From assembly GCA_047967505.1 (NCBI GenBank), contig CM106538.1: a stretch of DNA of 64,000 nt; one strand, written 5' to 3'. The position numbers were made by a program, and so were the translations under genes. The notes under the pieces are model-generated. The model was not told the origin of the DNA, did not search any database, and saw only the letters and a list, made by a program, of their open reading frames with translations. Source of the stretch: Dipteris shenzhenensis (taxonomy: Eukaryota). Numbering within the stretch: the first letter of the stretch is position 1; every line of letters starts with the position of its first letter. Of the stretch, positions 11,890-22,700 are shown in pieces.

Positions 11890-14800
11890 ATGGATCTTGA
11901 GGCTACAGCATTTGTCAATGGTATGACACTGAAATACAATGGAAGAATTTATGCCCCAAAGGACTTCACAAACTGGACAGTTGTTGACACAACAAAGAAA
12001 GCATGGTTCTTGGTCTTAAGTAAAGGAAATCTCATTCTAGTGATGACAAAGAGAGAGTTGGAGAAAGATGAGTGCGCATCAAATGTATCTTTCTCAAAGA
12101 GCAATTTGATTCAAGGGGGCACCTTAGTAGGAATAAAAATTGAAAAAGACAGCAGTACAATGATGATTTACACAAAGTCAAGAATGAGCAACAGATCGTT
12201 TCTTCTTTCTAAGAAAGATGCAGTGCACTTTGTGATGCCGCCGCCAAAAGCACCTAGATTTCCTAAATTGGTTCCTGCATTGGAGATCCTTCAACATGTG
12301 TGGGAGGAATTTCCCATTGAGGAAGCAAGAAAAATGCAGTCAAAGATTATCCTTGAATACTTTCAGGGTGTCATCCAACAAGGTTCAACTTCATTGGAGG
12401 GACCTAAGGTGCAAGAATCCACACATGAGAAAGGAAGTGATGAGACACGCCATGTAGATTTGGTTCATGGTAATACAAATGAGAGAGGAAGTGGAGTGGA
12501 TGAGACAGAACACATTGTAGCAATGGATGAGGGTCTTGTACACGTGGATGCTTACAAGGGATCTACATCTGAGACAGGAATTGAATTGGTGGAGACCGGA
12601 CATGCACATGCATCTCAGACAGAAATTGAATTGAGTGAGACACGACATGCATCAGATAAGACAGGACATGCACACACATCTCTTGTTCATGGTATTACTC
12701 ACTTAGATGGTGTAACTCATGAAGTTGATGGAATAACAGAACAAGTGAAGCCCTTAAGTATACCTGAAGTTGAGGCAATAGAAGAAGAAGTAGGGCGATC
12801 TAAAGCAGTTCACATTGAGCCCCTAAAAAGTAAACCTCGACGTCAAATGCAAAAGGCAAGTACTTCACGAGCTACAGTTCCAAGTCCTATAACTGGAAAA
12901 AGAGGTCGTTCATATACAAAGAAAGGGCAAAGAAGAGAAGAGGAAGAACATGAAGAGGATGCGGAGGGTCTTGAAATGGAGTCAGATCTAGAAGCAGAAA
13001 TGTTATCAATGAAGAACCTAAATCTTCGCTTGAATGAGGCTGTGACAGATGAGGATCCAGGATATATATGGGGCCAGAAGACTCAAGTTATACATGCTTC
13101 AATAGTGGTCAAAGCAAGTGTCTTCACCAACAGCAGGACCTTAGATACAGCCTATGCTGAAAAGATTTTTCAGGCTTTGATTGATGGAAAAAAACCAGTT
13201 GTTTCTAATTTGGTACTCCGTCCAAGAACATTTTGGCCAGTCATGGGAGATTATAGTCAATCCATCAATTTCTCTCAGCCTATAGATTTTGAGATGCAAT
13301 TCACTAAGTTCCTCGGAAAACAAGTTCCCTCACTTCAAGAAGGACAGAGTTTAGTGAATGATCCAGAACGACATATAAGGGATGCCAAGAGAAATTTCTT
13401 AGCTCATTGTACATTTGAGGCAATAGATGGTCAGCACTATGCCGATGCTTGTAATGAGCGCTCTAGAGATGCATACAAGAAAGGAGAAATTACTTATCAA
13501 ACCTTCGCGAGTGTGCCTCAATTTCACTACTATTCTGCATGCATCTGTATCTTCAAGAACGAGAAAACATATTTGATTGAGTCGGAAAGACTTAATCATG
13601 ACATTTATGCACTACGAAAAATCACCTCCACTTCAGAGATGTTGCTCAAAGCTAGGACCATATGGAAAACTTTTAATTCTCCTTTGACCACTCTCAAAAG
13701 AACTGCAACTAAAGTGGAAGCGGATAATCTTGTTGACTTCTACACATGCTTGAGTGCCACTATACCAAGGGGAAAACAGGGAAGAGCTGAGGTGATTACA
13801 AGCTTCAAGACAGTAAGGGATAGGTATCAAGACTACACAAGCATACTTTTCCGTAGTGATGAAGTTTTTCATCAGATCAAAGACGTGTGTCTTGCATGTG
13901 AGAAAGGAGATGTTACATATGAGGCTCCATCATTGATTAAAGAGAAGGCAAAGAAGATTGAGAAAAAAGAGATGACAGCTCGGATGTGGAGGCCTTTAAG
14001 AAACCTACCAGACAAATACGCAAGTCTTGCTGTAGAGAAATTAATGTCCAAAGAATGGTTTTTTGGCAAAAAGGATAAAGATCATTGCATGGAAGATAAC
14101 ATCATCCAACAGGTCAAGCGTGATGCAGTAAAGAGTGCAATTGAATATTTATTGAGGCAGATGGCATCAGCTTTACCGTCAGCTAAACAGAAGGCTTGGG
14201 CGCATAAATGGGTGAAGGTAGAAGATGATGGATCTGAAATTACTCCCTCTATGAGAAGTGACATTCCGGAAAATGTGTATGCATATGCACAAAAAGTCAT
14301 CAATAACCACACTCTCAGAAAAGAAAAGACTTTGAACAAGGGCTTTTATTTCATACATGAAATCATTTCAGAGTCTGGAAAGAGTGTTGAGTGCAAGGGA
14401 GTTTCATTGAGTGATTTTTTGTCCGACGACACTGCTTGGGAGAGACCTCAGCTTTTCTTTGTCTATGAAATATCACCGGATGACATCCATCCACTCCTTG
14501 ACAGAATATTACATACCACCATTGGTAGAGTGGGACAATGTAATATAGTCATATTTGCTGATAAAGATGACAAGGAACAAATGTGTGCTACCCTAAAAAA
14601 ACAATATGGCAATGAGCTCAAGATTTACAATGGGATATACTCAAGAAAAAGGGACAAGAGAGAATGCGGTCTCAAGATACAGAGTCTAGAAACCTTTTTC
14701 TGGTGCATGAAGAGCCCTTACAATGATCACTCCTTACAAAACAATATAAGAGGGAATGCAAAGAGATTGCAACTACTGCTGGAAGAGCATGAAGCTCCAA

Positions 14801-17675
14801 GTCCCCTCCATCACAACGCAAATCACTATGAAAGGCCAGCAAAAAGTGCTGATCTTTTAATTAGTATGATGGAATTTTTGCTACTGTCCGGATGGGAAGT
14901 CACATTGTGCCGAATGGGACATCTGTTTGAAGCTCTTATCAGAAAAGGACACAATGTAAATATTATTGAGAGCCCTGCTTGCTTGGAATACCTTGATACC
15001 GTGGCTTCTCTCACAATAAAGTTTGATAAGGAAGGTCCGATCTCACATGAAGAGGATGACATAGAGCAGATCATGTATGATGAGAGCAAGAAAGATGATG
15101 AAAATGATCAAAGCTCTGGATATAATAGTGAGGAAACTAGCGATAGCAAGGAAGCAGAAGAAGATGGATATGACACTGACCTTGCCTCTGAAGGTTACAT
15201 AAAAAGACCACGAAGATATGTAGAGGTATGAAGACTTATGTTTAATTTTCTTTATTCATTTAAAGGTCTTTTTTAATTTATAATTAATTTAAAATTTTGA
15301 ATCTCATAATTATTTTATCCTTTTATAGGAGAAGGGAGAGGAGGAGGATGAGGAGGACATAGTTGGAGCAGAGAATATAGAAAGCTCATCTCAAGAAAGC
15401 AAAGCTGCTCTGGCTATCCATCGGATGACTCTAGAAAATAATCATACATTGCAACAAATGGAGAAGTCATTTCAAGTTAGGTTTCAAGTTCGAGAACAAC
15501 CTCTTACTTTTATATTCGATGAAGAGGACATTTCAATCCTCATAAACTTCAAGAAAGAGGTCAATGACAAGGTTATAATAGCCATCCTCAGGTTTGACAC
15601 AAACTTTTTACTGACTTTATGCTTTTGTATTTCCATTGGATCAAATGAACTAATATTCTTTTCTTTTTATTGCAGTATGGTTTTAAAACAGCTTCCGCTA
15701 TATATACAAAGATGTGCATATATGGTCGATCCTCTTGTTTCTAGTGTACTTAGCAATAAGCAGAAGACCATAGATGACGTTTTTAAGTGGTTGCAACCTA
15801 TTGATTTGACTGCGGCGCGAGTTATCTTTACCGCATATCACAAGGAGTGAGTATCAATCCCTACCTAGCTTATCTCTTACATTGTGGAGGATTATATCAA
15901 ATAATAATTATTCTTAATTGATAATGCAGCTTGCATTGGAGCTTGGTAATTGTGGACATCTTAGCCAAGCAATGCTTCTTTGTCAACTCAATAGCATCTA
16001 TCCATGGCAGTGTGTCAGAGTAAGTATAACCTACTTGTGTCATAATTATGTCAATGAGATGCATCCTATGCAATGCGCACATTCATTTATGTTTTCTATT
16101 TTGATGTGTAGATCTGCTCGAAAGTTGGTAAGTGCTATAGATGCACTTATGCAAATGGAGGGTGACTTGGAAGATCAAATAGAGTATGTAACATGCCCTG
16201 CAGCGAAGCAGAATGATGACCACAGTTGTGGGTGGAGAGTTGGATATAACTGCTTCTTGCTCCTTGCTCAAATTTTTGATTTGAGAGGCGGTGAAACCTC
16301 ATTGTCCACATATACAGACTTGCATCTATATGCATTTATGTCATCTATCATTAAGGCATTTATTGATAACGTGGTGGAGCATCTAGAGGAAACATTGGTT
16401 GCTACGTCCATAAGTTGTCCTGATGTAACCGCTGTATTGGACGAAATGGGGAGCTCTTCTGAGGTTAAGGTCATCATTAGCAAGCAACCTCGTGTTTTGA
16501 CTTTTGGTAGCGAGGAAGTTACAATCCTCTCCGACCCTTTGAAAGAGGCTAATGACAAAGTCATGATGGCCATCCTCAGGTTTGATATGAACATCTCTTG
16601 ACTTGATACTTCAATCATTTGATTCAATCTGCTTCTAACATTTGTTTATTTATTGCTGCAGAGTACGGTTATATCTCATTTTCCTAGATCAGTACAGAAT
16701 CGCGTCTGTATGCTCGATTCTCTTCTTTCAGCTGTACTTAGTGATACCAAGAAGACAGTAGATGATGTTTGTTCAATTCTACAACCTTTAGACTTGGATG
16801 GCATACTACTTGTCTTTATGCCATACTATGAGAAGTAAGTATGGTCTCAATCTTTCTTTTACTCTCTTATTTATAATATTGTGTCAATTAATACTTAATA
16901 TTGTGATAAATCTTATCGCTCTTTATTGGTGATGTAGTTCACATTGGAGCCTGATAGTATGGGACCTTGATGACAACCATTGTTGGTTTGTCAACTCAAT
17001 TACAGGCTTTCACGGGGTGTTCAAGTAAGTGTTCTTTTATCATATCATTATGAACATGCATCTTACTATTTACTACACAAATTCACTTTGTCATATGTCA
17101 TGATGGACAGGTCTGCAAACAAGTTAGTTTCTGCGATTATGAAAACCAGGGAGCATCAAGACCAACCAAATTTCCAGACACGCCTCGCAGTGGACCAAAA
17201 AGACATGTTTAGTAGTGGGTGGAGAATTGCCTACAACTTCATGTTGTATCTCAATGAAATTTTTGAACATGTCTCCATAGAAGCATATACCAAGCTCGAG
17301 CTACAAGATTTTGTGGCTAAGACTGTTCACTATCTAACTGCTATCATTGGGAAACAACATGATGGACTCAATGAAGAACTTGAGGGAGCCAAAGAAAAAG
17401 AAGAGATAATTCAGTCTCCTTCTGTATCACAGCCTCAAGTAGAAGCATTACAGTCTACACTTGAATTAGAGACTCAATGCATTCTTCCTACACAAGAAGT
17501 GGAGACTCAATGTGCATCTACAACATCACATCTTGTAAAGGAGGAAGAGATTAAGTCTATCCCGATTGCACCAGAAGTAGAATCTCAATGTACACCATCC
17601 ACACAAGTAGAGACTCAATGTACTCTTAGAGAATCACAACCTCAAGAGGACTCATCAGACTCTATTCAGTTGTAA
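11890..17675 (+). CDS. Multi-exon transposon cargo gene: large exon (ParB/DGQH-like and degenerate DNA-MTase-like motifs) spliced to two tandem Ulp1/peptidase C48-like domains
   Basis: Proposed exons are 11890-15225, 15329-15591, 15676-15846, 15930-16019, 16112-16579, 16664-16834, 16938-17024 and 17111-17675. All introns are GT-AG and frame-consistent, although 16664 needs the second AG of CAGAG. The spliced product has DLHWSLVIVD..FFVNS..KQNDDHSCGWRV and NSHWSLIVWD..WFVNS..DQKDMFSSGWRI. Exon 1 has RTLDTAYAEKIFQAL...FEAIDGQHY and KSADLLISMMEF...G..V...G...ALIRKGHNVNIIE. Confidence 0.75.
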
Positions 17676-17859
17676 AACATGTAGAAAGAAACATGAGTTC
17701 TTGAAGATTTTTATCTTGTTTGTATTGATTAATGATAGTGTTTTTAAAACTTATGTTAAATGTTGCAATACATTAGGATATTTTATGATATTTATTCATT
17801 ACAATACATTAGGTTTTACTTTTTTGAAAGTCTAATTTATTATGTACAATAAATATCTT

Positions 17860-18110
17860 ATGATGAGAATCTAATAATTATATCATTCTTATGTTCCATC
17901 ACTTTATTTTATAGATTTCAATGTACTCAAAATCTATCATTTATTATGTACAGCAAGTCTAACTTATATTATATTAAAAGAATATCTCATGATGAGATTC
18001 TAATAATTACTAACTTATATTATATTAAAAGAATATCTCATGATGAGATTCTATTAATTATATCATTCTTGTGTTCCATCATTTTACTTTATAGATTTCA
18101 ATGTACTATC
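17860..18110 (+). repeat. AT-rich local duplications downstream of the cargo gene
   Basis: AACTTATATTATATTAAAAGAATATCTCATGATGAGATTCTA is tandemly repeated. TAATTATATCATTCTT...ATAGATTTCAATGTACT occurs twice. Confidence 0.75.
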
Positions 18111-18279
18111 ACTATCTTATATGTCTCAAATGTCTCCCATTACGGTCTTGCATCCCATCATTTTATTTTATAATGTCTCGCATTACGATCTTGCATCTAG
18201 TCATCTCGCATTACGGTCTTGCATCTGTAGTTCTATAAATTCCCTAGTAGTCGTTCATCTTCTATATCTCACCCGCAGC

Positions 18280-18670
18280 AGACACTTCTTCCACTTTGCT
18301 CTTCTTACCTTACTCCTCTCCTCAAGCTTGCTCCTTCCTCTCCTCAAGCTTGCTCCTTCCATCTTGCCCGCAGCCTTGCCTCCTCTTCTCAAGCATACTC
18401 CTTTCATCTTGCCTTATCTCCTCTAGTTACCTTCCTCACTCTCGTTACCTTCCTCACCTCGTTCGTCTTCTATATCTTTCCTCACTCTCGTTACCTTCCT
18501 CACCTCGTTCGTCTTCTATATCTCACCCGTAGCAAAAACTTCTTCCACTTTACTCCTCTCCACACTTCTTCCACTTTACTCTTCTTACCTTACTCCTCTC
18601 CTCAAGCTTGCTCCTTCCATCTTGCCCGCAACCTTACCTCCTCTTCTCAAGCATACTCCTTTCATCTTGT
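18280..18670 (+). repeat. Pyrimidine-rich duplicated segments upstream of the small ORF
   Basis: CACTTCTTCCACTTT...CTTCTTACCTTACTCCTCTCCTCAAGCTTGCTCCTTCC...AGCATACTCCTTTCATCTTG is present twice. TTCCTCACTCTCGTTACC repeats lie between the copies. Confidence 0.8.
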
Positions 18671-18677
18671 AGCCATT

Positions 18678-19112
18678 ATGGATCTTTTTAAGGTAATCGA
18701 TTCTGTCGAGCAAGCCATTAGCAGCCTCAAAGAATGGATTGCCGAGAACCAAGGAAAGAGAGAGGAGAGAAAGCAAAATCCAGCTTCATTAACCCAGTAC
18801 GAGAAGGATGACTTTGCTTGTCAGAAGGGCTTAGAGAAGGAAGAGGAAAGAAAAATAAGTATGGCTACTACTGAAATAGATAAATTGCAGTCATATAGGA
18901 GAGAGTTGATAGACTTTCAAAGTGAGATATCTTCGCGTGTGGCTCGTTATGGAAGATTTTCCCCCGAGGAAGCGCAAGCCATTCGGAACAAACAAAGTGT
19001 TATGCAGGAGAAAATTCATCAATCCTTACTTCTCTTCTATAATTTTAACTACATCGATGAGGAAGAGATGAGCTCAGCTCTTGAATGGGTTGAATTTAGG
19101 CTAAGGACTTGA
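18678..19112 (+). CDS. Small charged, coiled-coil-like protein (144 aa), possible third transposon gene
   Basis: Clean ATG-to-stop ORF, E/K/Q-rich with heptad-like pattern. TATA-like CTATAAAT at ~18233 and a pyrimidine-rich leader lie upstream. No family recognised. Confidence 0.5.
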   Translation: MDLFKVIDSVEQAISSLKEWIAENQGKREERKQNPASLTQYEKDDFACQKGLEKEEERKISMATTEIDKLQSYRRELIDFQSEISSRVARYGRFSPEEAQAIRNKQSVMQEKIHQSLLLFYNFNYIDEEEMSSALEWVEFRLRT

Positions 19113-19140
19113 AAATAGAAAATTCATCAAATTGAATGGC

Positions 19141-19352
19141 TGTAGTCTTGAAAATCTCAGGCTTAACTTTTGAAGGTGTTTATTAACACCATTAAATATT
19201 AAGAGAGTTTACAACAACCGAATCTTATTTTTTCATGTAACTTATGTAGTCTTGAAAATCTCAGGCTTAACTTTTGAAGGTGTTTATTAACACCATTAAA
19301 TATTAAGAGAGTTTACAACAACCGAATCTTATTTTTTCATGTAACTTATGTA
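19141..19352 (+). repeat. 104-bp tandem duplication in the right subterminal region
   Basis: TGTAGTCTTGAAAATCTCAGG...CATGTAACTTA starts at 19141 and 19245. Each copy contains the dyad GGTGTTTATTAACACC. Confidence 0.92.
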
Positions 19353-19514
19353 GGCTGCGTTAAATTTTATAATTTTAGTTTCATGTCCTTAAAAAATATA
19401 TATAAAAATGCTTGTTTTTATGTTTTTATATGTGCTTTGAAGATTGGGTTTTTCTTAAATTTTATCTAAAAACTAGTCCAAAAGTATATGTAAAAATGAA
19501 TTTGTACATTAACA

Positions 19515-19540
19515 AGTCCAAAATTAATGAAATAAGTGTT
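19515..19540 (-). repeat. Right 26-bp terminal inverted repeat (followed by TSD AACA at 19541-19544)
   Basis: AGTCCAAAATTAATGAAATAAGTGTT is the reverse complement of 816-841. Confidence 0.95.
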
Positions 19541-19713
19541 AACACAAGACAAGTCTTCTATACCAGTGAGCCTGTTTGAGTCACTTGCAACACAGGACAA
19601 GTCTTCTATACCAGTGAGCCTGTTCGAGTCACTTGCAACACAGGACAAGTCTTCTATACCAATGAGCCTGTTCGAGTCACTTGCAACACAAGACAAGTCT
19701 TCTATACCAGTGA
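19541..19713 (-). repeat. 48-bp tandem repeat (~3.6 copies here, one more at 764-811); coding repeat of the interrupted host transposase
   Basis: Unit AACACA[AG]GACAAGTCTTCTATACCA[AG]TGAGCCTGTT[CT]GAGTCACTTGC starts at 19541, 19589, 19637 and 19685 (partial). The minus strand reads TGIEDLSCVASDSNRL. Confidence 0.9.
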
Positions 19714-20026
<313 letters not shown>

Positions 20027-20027
20027 A

Positions 20028-22151
20028 ACCAGTCGGAAGGCATTAGGAAAAAAGGGAGCTCATTTTGGGGCCCTATAAGAAATTCATTATTTTCTCTTTT
20101 CTCTCTCTACAAAAGCAAGAAAATATGGATACTTGCGTGAGAAATGTCAGTGTGAAAAGGAATAAATGTATTCTTTCACATGCTTTACATTCAATGTTCA
20201 TATAAGAGCAACACTTTTTTGTGCAGAATTTGGTGATTCTGACACCGTAGACGCGTCCAGAACGGCCCAAAACCCCAAGAACGACACTAGAAATGCTAGA
20301 ATCGAACATCCGGAGGCCCGAAAACGGTCAAAAAAGACCGAAAAGTGAGATTTGCAGAAAAACGCGATTTGGTACCTTTCAAGATCTCTAGAAAAGCACG
20401 AAAATATGGATACTTGCATGAGAAATGTCAGTGTGAAAAGGAATAAATATATTCTTTCACATGCTTTACATTCAATGTTCATATAAGAGCAACACTTTTC
20501 TGTGCAAAATTTGGTGATTCTGACACTGCAGACGCTTCCGAAACGGCCCAAAACCTTAAGAATGGCACTGGAAACGCTAGAATCAGACATTCGGAGGCCC
20601 GTAAATGGCCAAAAAAGGCCGAAAAGTGAGATTTGCAGAGGTATTTTTTCTACAAATCTCACTTTGCGGCCTTTTTTGGCCGTTTTTGGGCCTCCGGATG
20701 TCTGATTCTAGCATTTCCAGTGCCGTTCTTGGGGTTTTGGCCATTCCGGACACGTCTGCAGTGTCAGAATCACCAAATTCTGCACAGAAAATAAAATTTT
20801 TAAAGATTCAAATTAGATCACCTCATTAATGTGACATGCTTCTACGAACATATAGTACTATTTCTTTTTCTTATTTTCATCTTCTTTTGTTGAATTTTCA
20901 ATGTTACGTTGGCCCATGGTTGAGAGCCTATTTTCTCTCAATTCTAAAAGGCCCCAAAATGAGCTCCCTTTTTTTCTAATGATTGGTATACCTCTCTACA
21001 TCCGGTAGGGAATGACATCCTGGTAGCAGTCAACAATGATGCAAAATGTCTAGCAAAAGGAAAAGGTACGATTGCTCTCAAGTCAGATGGAGTTATAAAA
21101 CAGTTGTCCGATGTTCTTTATGTGCCAGATATCAAGAGGAACTTGTCCATTTCTGCGATCACAGATCGGGATCTCAAAGTTCACTTCGATAAGAATGGCA
21201 CACAGATTTTGGATCTTTAAGGGAAGGTCATTGGTAAAGGTACACGGCGTAACAACATCTACGAACTCTCAGCTTTCAGTGCGCAAGCTGATGTGAGCAA
21301 CACTAAGCTATGGCATGAGAGGTTTGGTCATCTAAACCTTAGTTCTTTAAAGGAGATGCATAAAAGTGGAATGATTGCAGACCTACCAAAAATTACAGAT
21401 CTGCCCGATGTATGTGAAGCTTGCATGATGGGCAAGTAGCATCAGCAGCCCTTTCCTAAAGAGGCCAGTAGGGCAAAGGCTCCTCTAGAGCTCGTTCACA
21501 CGGACCTCTGCGGAAAGATGGAGACAGAAGCTTTGGGTGGTTCCTACTACTTCATGATGCTGATCGATGACTACAGTAGAAGGATATGGATATACTTCCT
21601 AAAGACTAAAGATGAGGCTTTTGGTAAGTTCAAAGAATGGCATGTAATGGTCGAGAAAGAATCAGGGAGGAAGGTGAAGAAGTTGAGATCTGAGAGAGGT
21701 GGTGAGTTCACATCAACAAGTGAATTCGAAAGTTACTACAAAAGTCACGGGATCGAGAGGCAGAAACCCCCACCACATACGCCACAGCAAAATGGAGTAG
21801 CAGAGTGCAAGATGTGCATCATCTGCGAAATGGGAAGGAGTATGATGAAAGGGAAAGATTTGCCAAAGACTTTCTGGGCTGAAGCATGTAACACAGTAGT
21901 TTACATTCTCAATCGTAGCTACATGAAGGCTGTGAATGGGATGACTCCACGGGATGACTCCACTGCAGGCCTTTTCTGTTAAGAAACCTTCAGCTGCACA
22001 TTTCAGAGTTTTTGGATGTGACTGTTTTGTGCATGTCCCTGATGCTAACAGGACCAAATGGGAACCGAAGAGCCAAAAGTGTATTTTCTTGGGCTACAGT
22101 GAAGAGGCAAAGGGTTACCGTCTCTATAATCCTATTACCAAGAAGGTAATA
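20028..22151 (+). mobile_element. Ty1/copia internal fragment (protease-integrase), same family as 55553-59790, split by a TIR element
   Basis: 20028-20040 (ACCAGTCGGAAGG) plus 20982 onward (ATTGGTATACC...) reproduce the contiguous sequence at ~57308-58462. Integrase motifs LIDDYSRRIW and TPQQNGVAE are present. It has stops and a 13-bp duplication near 21940-21963. Confidence 0.92.
20041..20981. mobile_element. Non-autonomous TIR (MITE/foldback-like) element, ~940 bp
   Basis: 32-bp TIRs: CATTAGGAAAAAAGGGAGCTCATTTTGGGGCC (20041-20072) and GGCCCCAAAATGAGCTCCCTTTTTTTCTAATG (20950-20981). It has an internal ~281-bp direct repeat and an inverted third copy of a ~140-bp block (~20650-20790). Confidence 0.88.
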
Positions 22152-22677
22152 ACACAGTATTAGATAAAGTGGGACAAAAGTTGCATTTTGGGAATTTCGA
22201 AATTGGGTGGATTTCATTAAAATTGGAAAAGGCTTCATTAAATTTGGGAAAATTTTCATTGATTGTGGGAATTTTACCAATATTGAATATGCTAATATTT
22301 GGAATTCCAATGATTATGAAAAACTTCATTGGTTGTGAAACAGTTCATTGCATATAAAAACCAGAACAAAGCATTTGTGGTAGAGTTTGAAAATCATGTA
22401 TTTGGTGGTGTTAATAAACATCGTCTAGGGACAACATGTATATTTTACTTGAGGTGTTAATAAACACCAGTTGGTGGTGTTAACAAACACCATGCATAGT
22501 GAGTTCCACTAGAAACAAAGCAGTTGTTGGTGAAGGTCAGCTTCTAAAAATTGTCATATTGATAATATGCAAATACCCATTGACAAGATAACAACAATTG
22601 AGAAACATCACATGAGAACACACCTTACAATGGAAGTTTGGGAGATTAAAAGGGAGAAAATCGACACCATTTTCTAT

Positions 22678-22689
22678 GCTCTGATACCA
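22678..22689 (-). other. Isolated tRNA-iMet primer-binding-site motif (LTR retrotransposon remnant)
   Basis: GCTCTGATACCA is the reverse complement of TGGTATCAGAGC. No LTR is recognisable next to it. Confidence 0.5.
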
Positions 22690-22700
22690 AGCAAGCTCTC

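Larger units (their letters stand above)
816..19540. mobile_element. Giant (18,725 bp) TIR DNA transposon, DUF7869/Sola-like, carrying cargo genes
   Basis: AACACTTATTTCATTAATTTTGGACT at 816-841 has its exact reverse complement at 19515-19540. AACA is directly duplicated at 812-815 and 19541-19544. Both flanks are the same 48-bp repeat and rejoin cleanly if the element is removed. An internal transposase is present. Confidence 0.92.

Noticed and set aside
15226-15231. Stop codon at 15229-15231 as the true end of the 1118-aa protein
   Set aside because: GAG/GTATGA is a good donor, and splicing to 15329 continues in frame into the Ulp1-like exons. This is still unproven without transcripts.
19541-19713. 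48-bp repeats as a CRISPR-like or guide-RNA array next to a transposase
   Set aside because: Units are head-to-tail with no unique spacers, and they translate in frame as the N-terminal repeat of the interrupted transposase.
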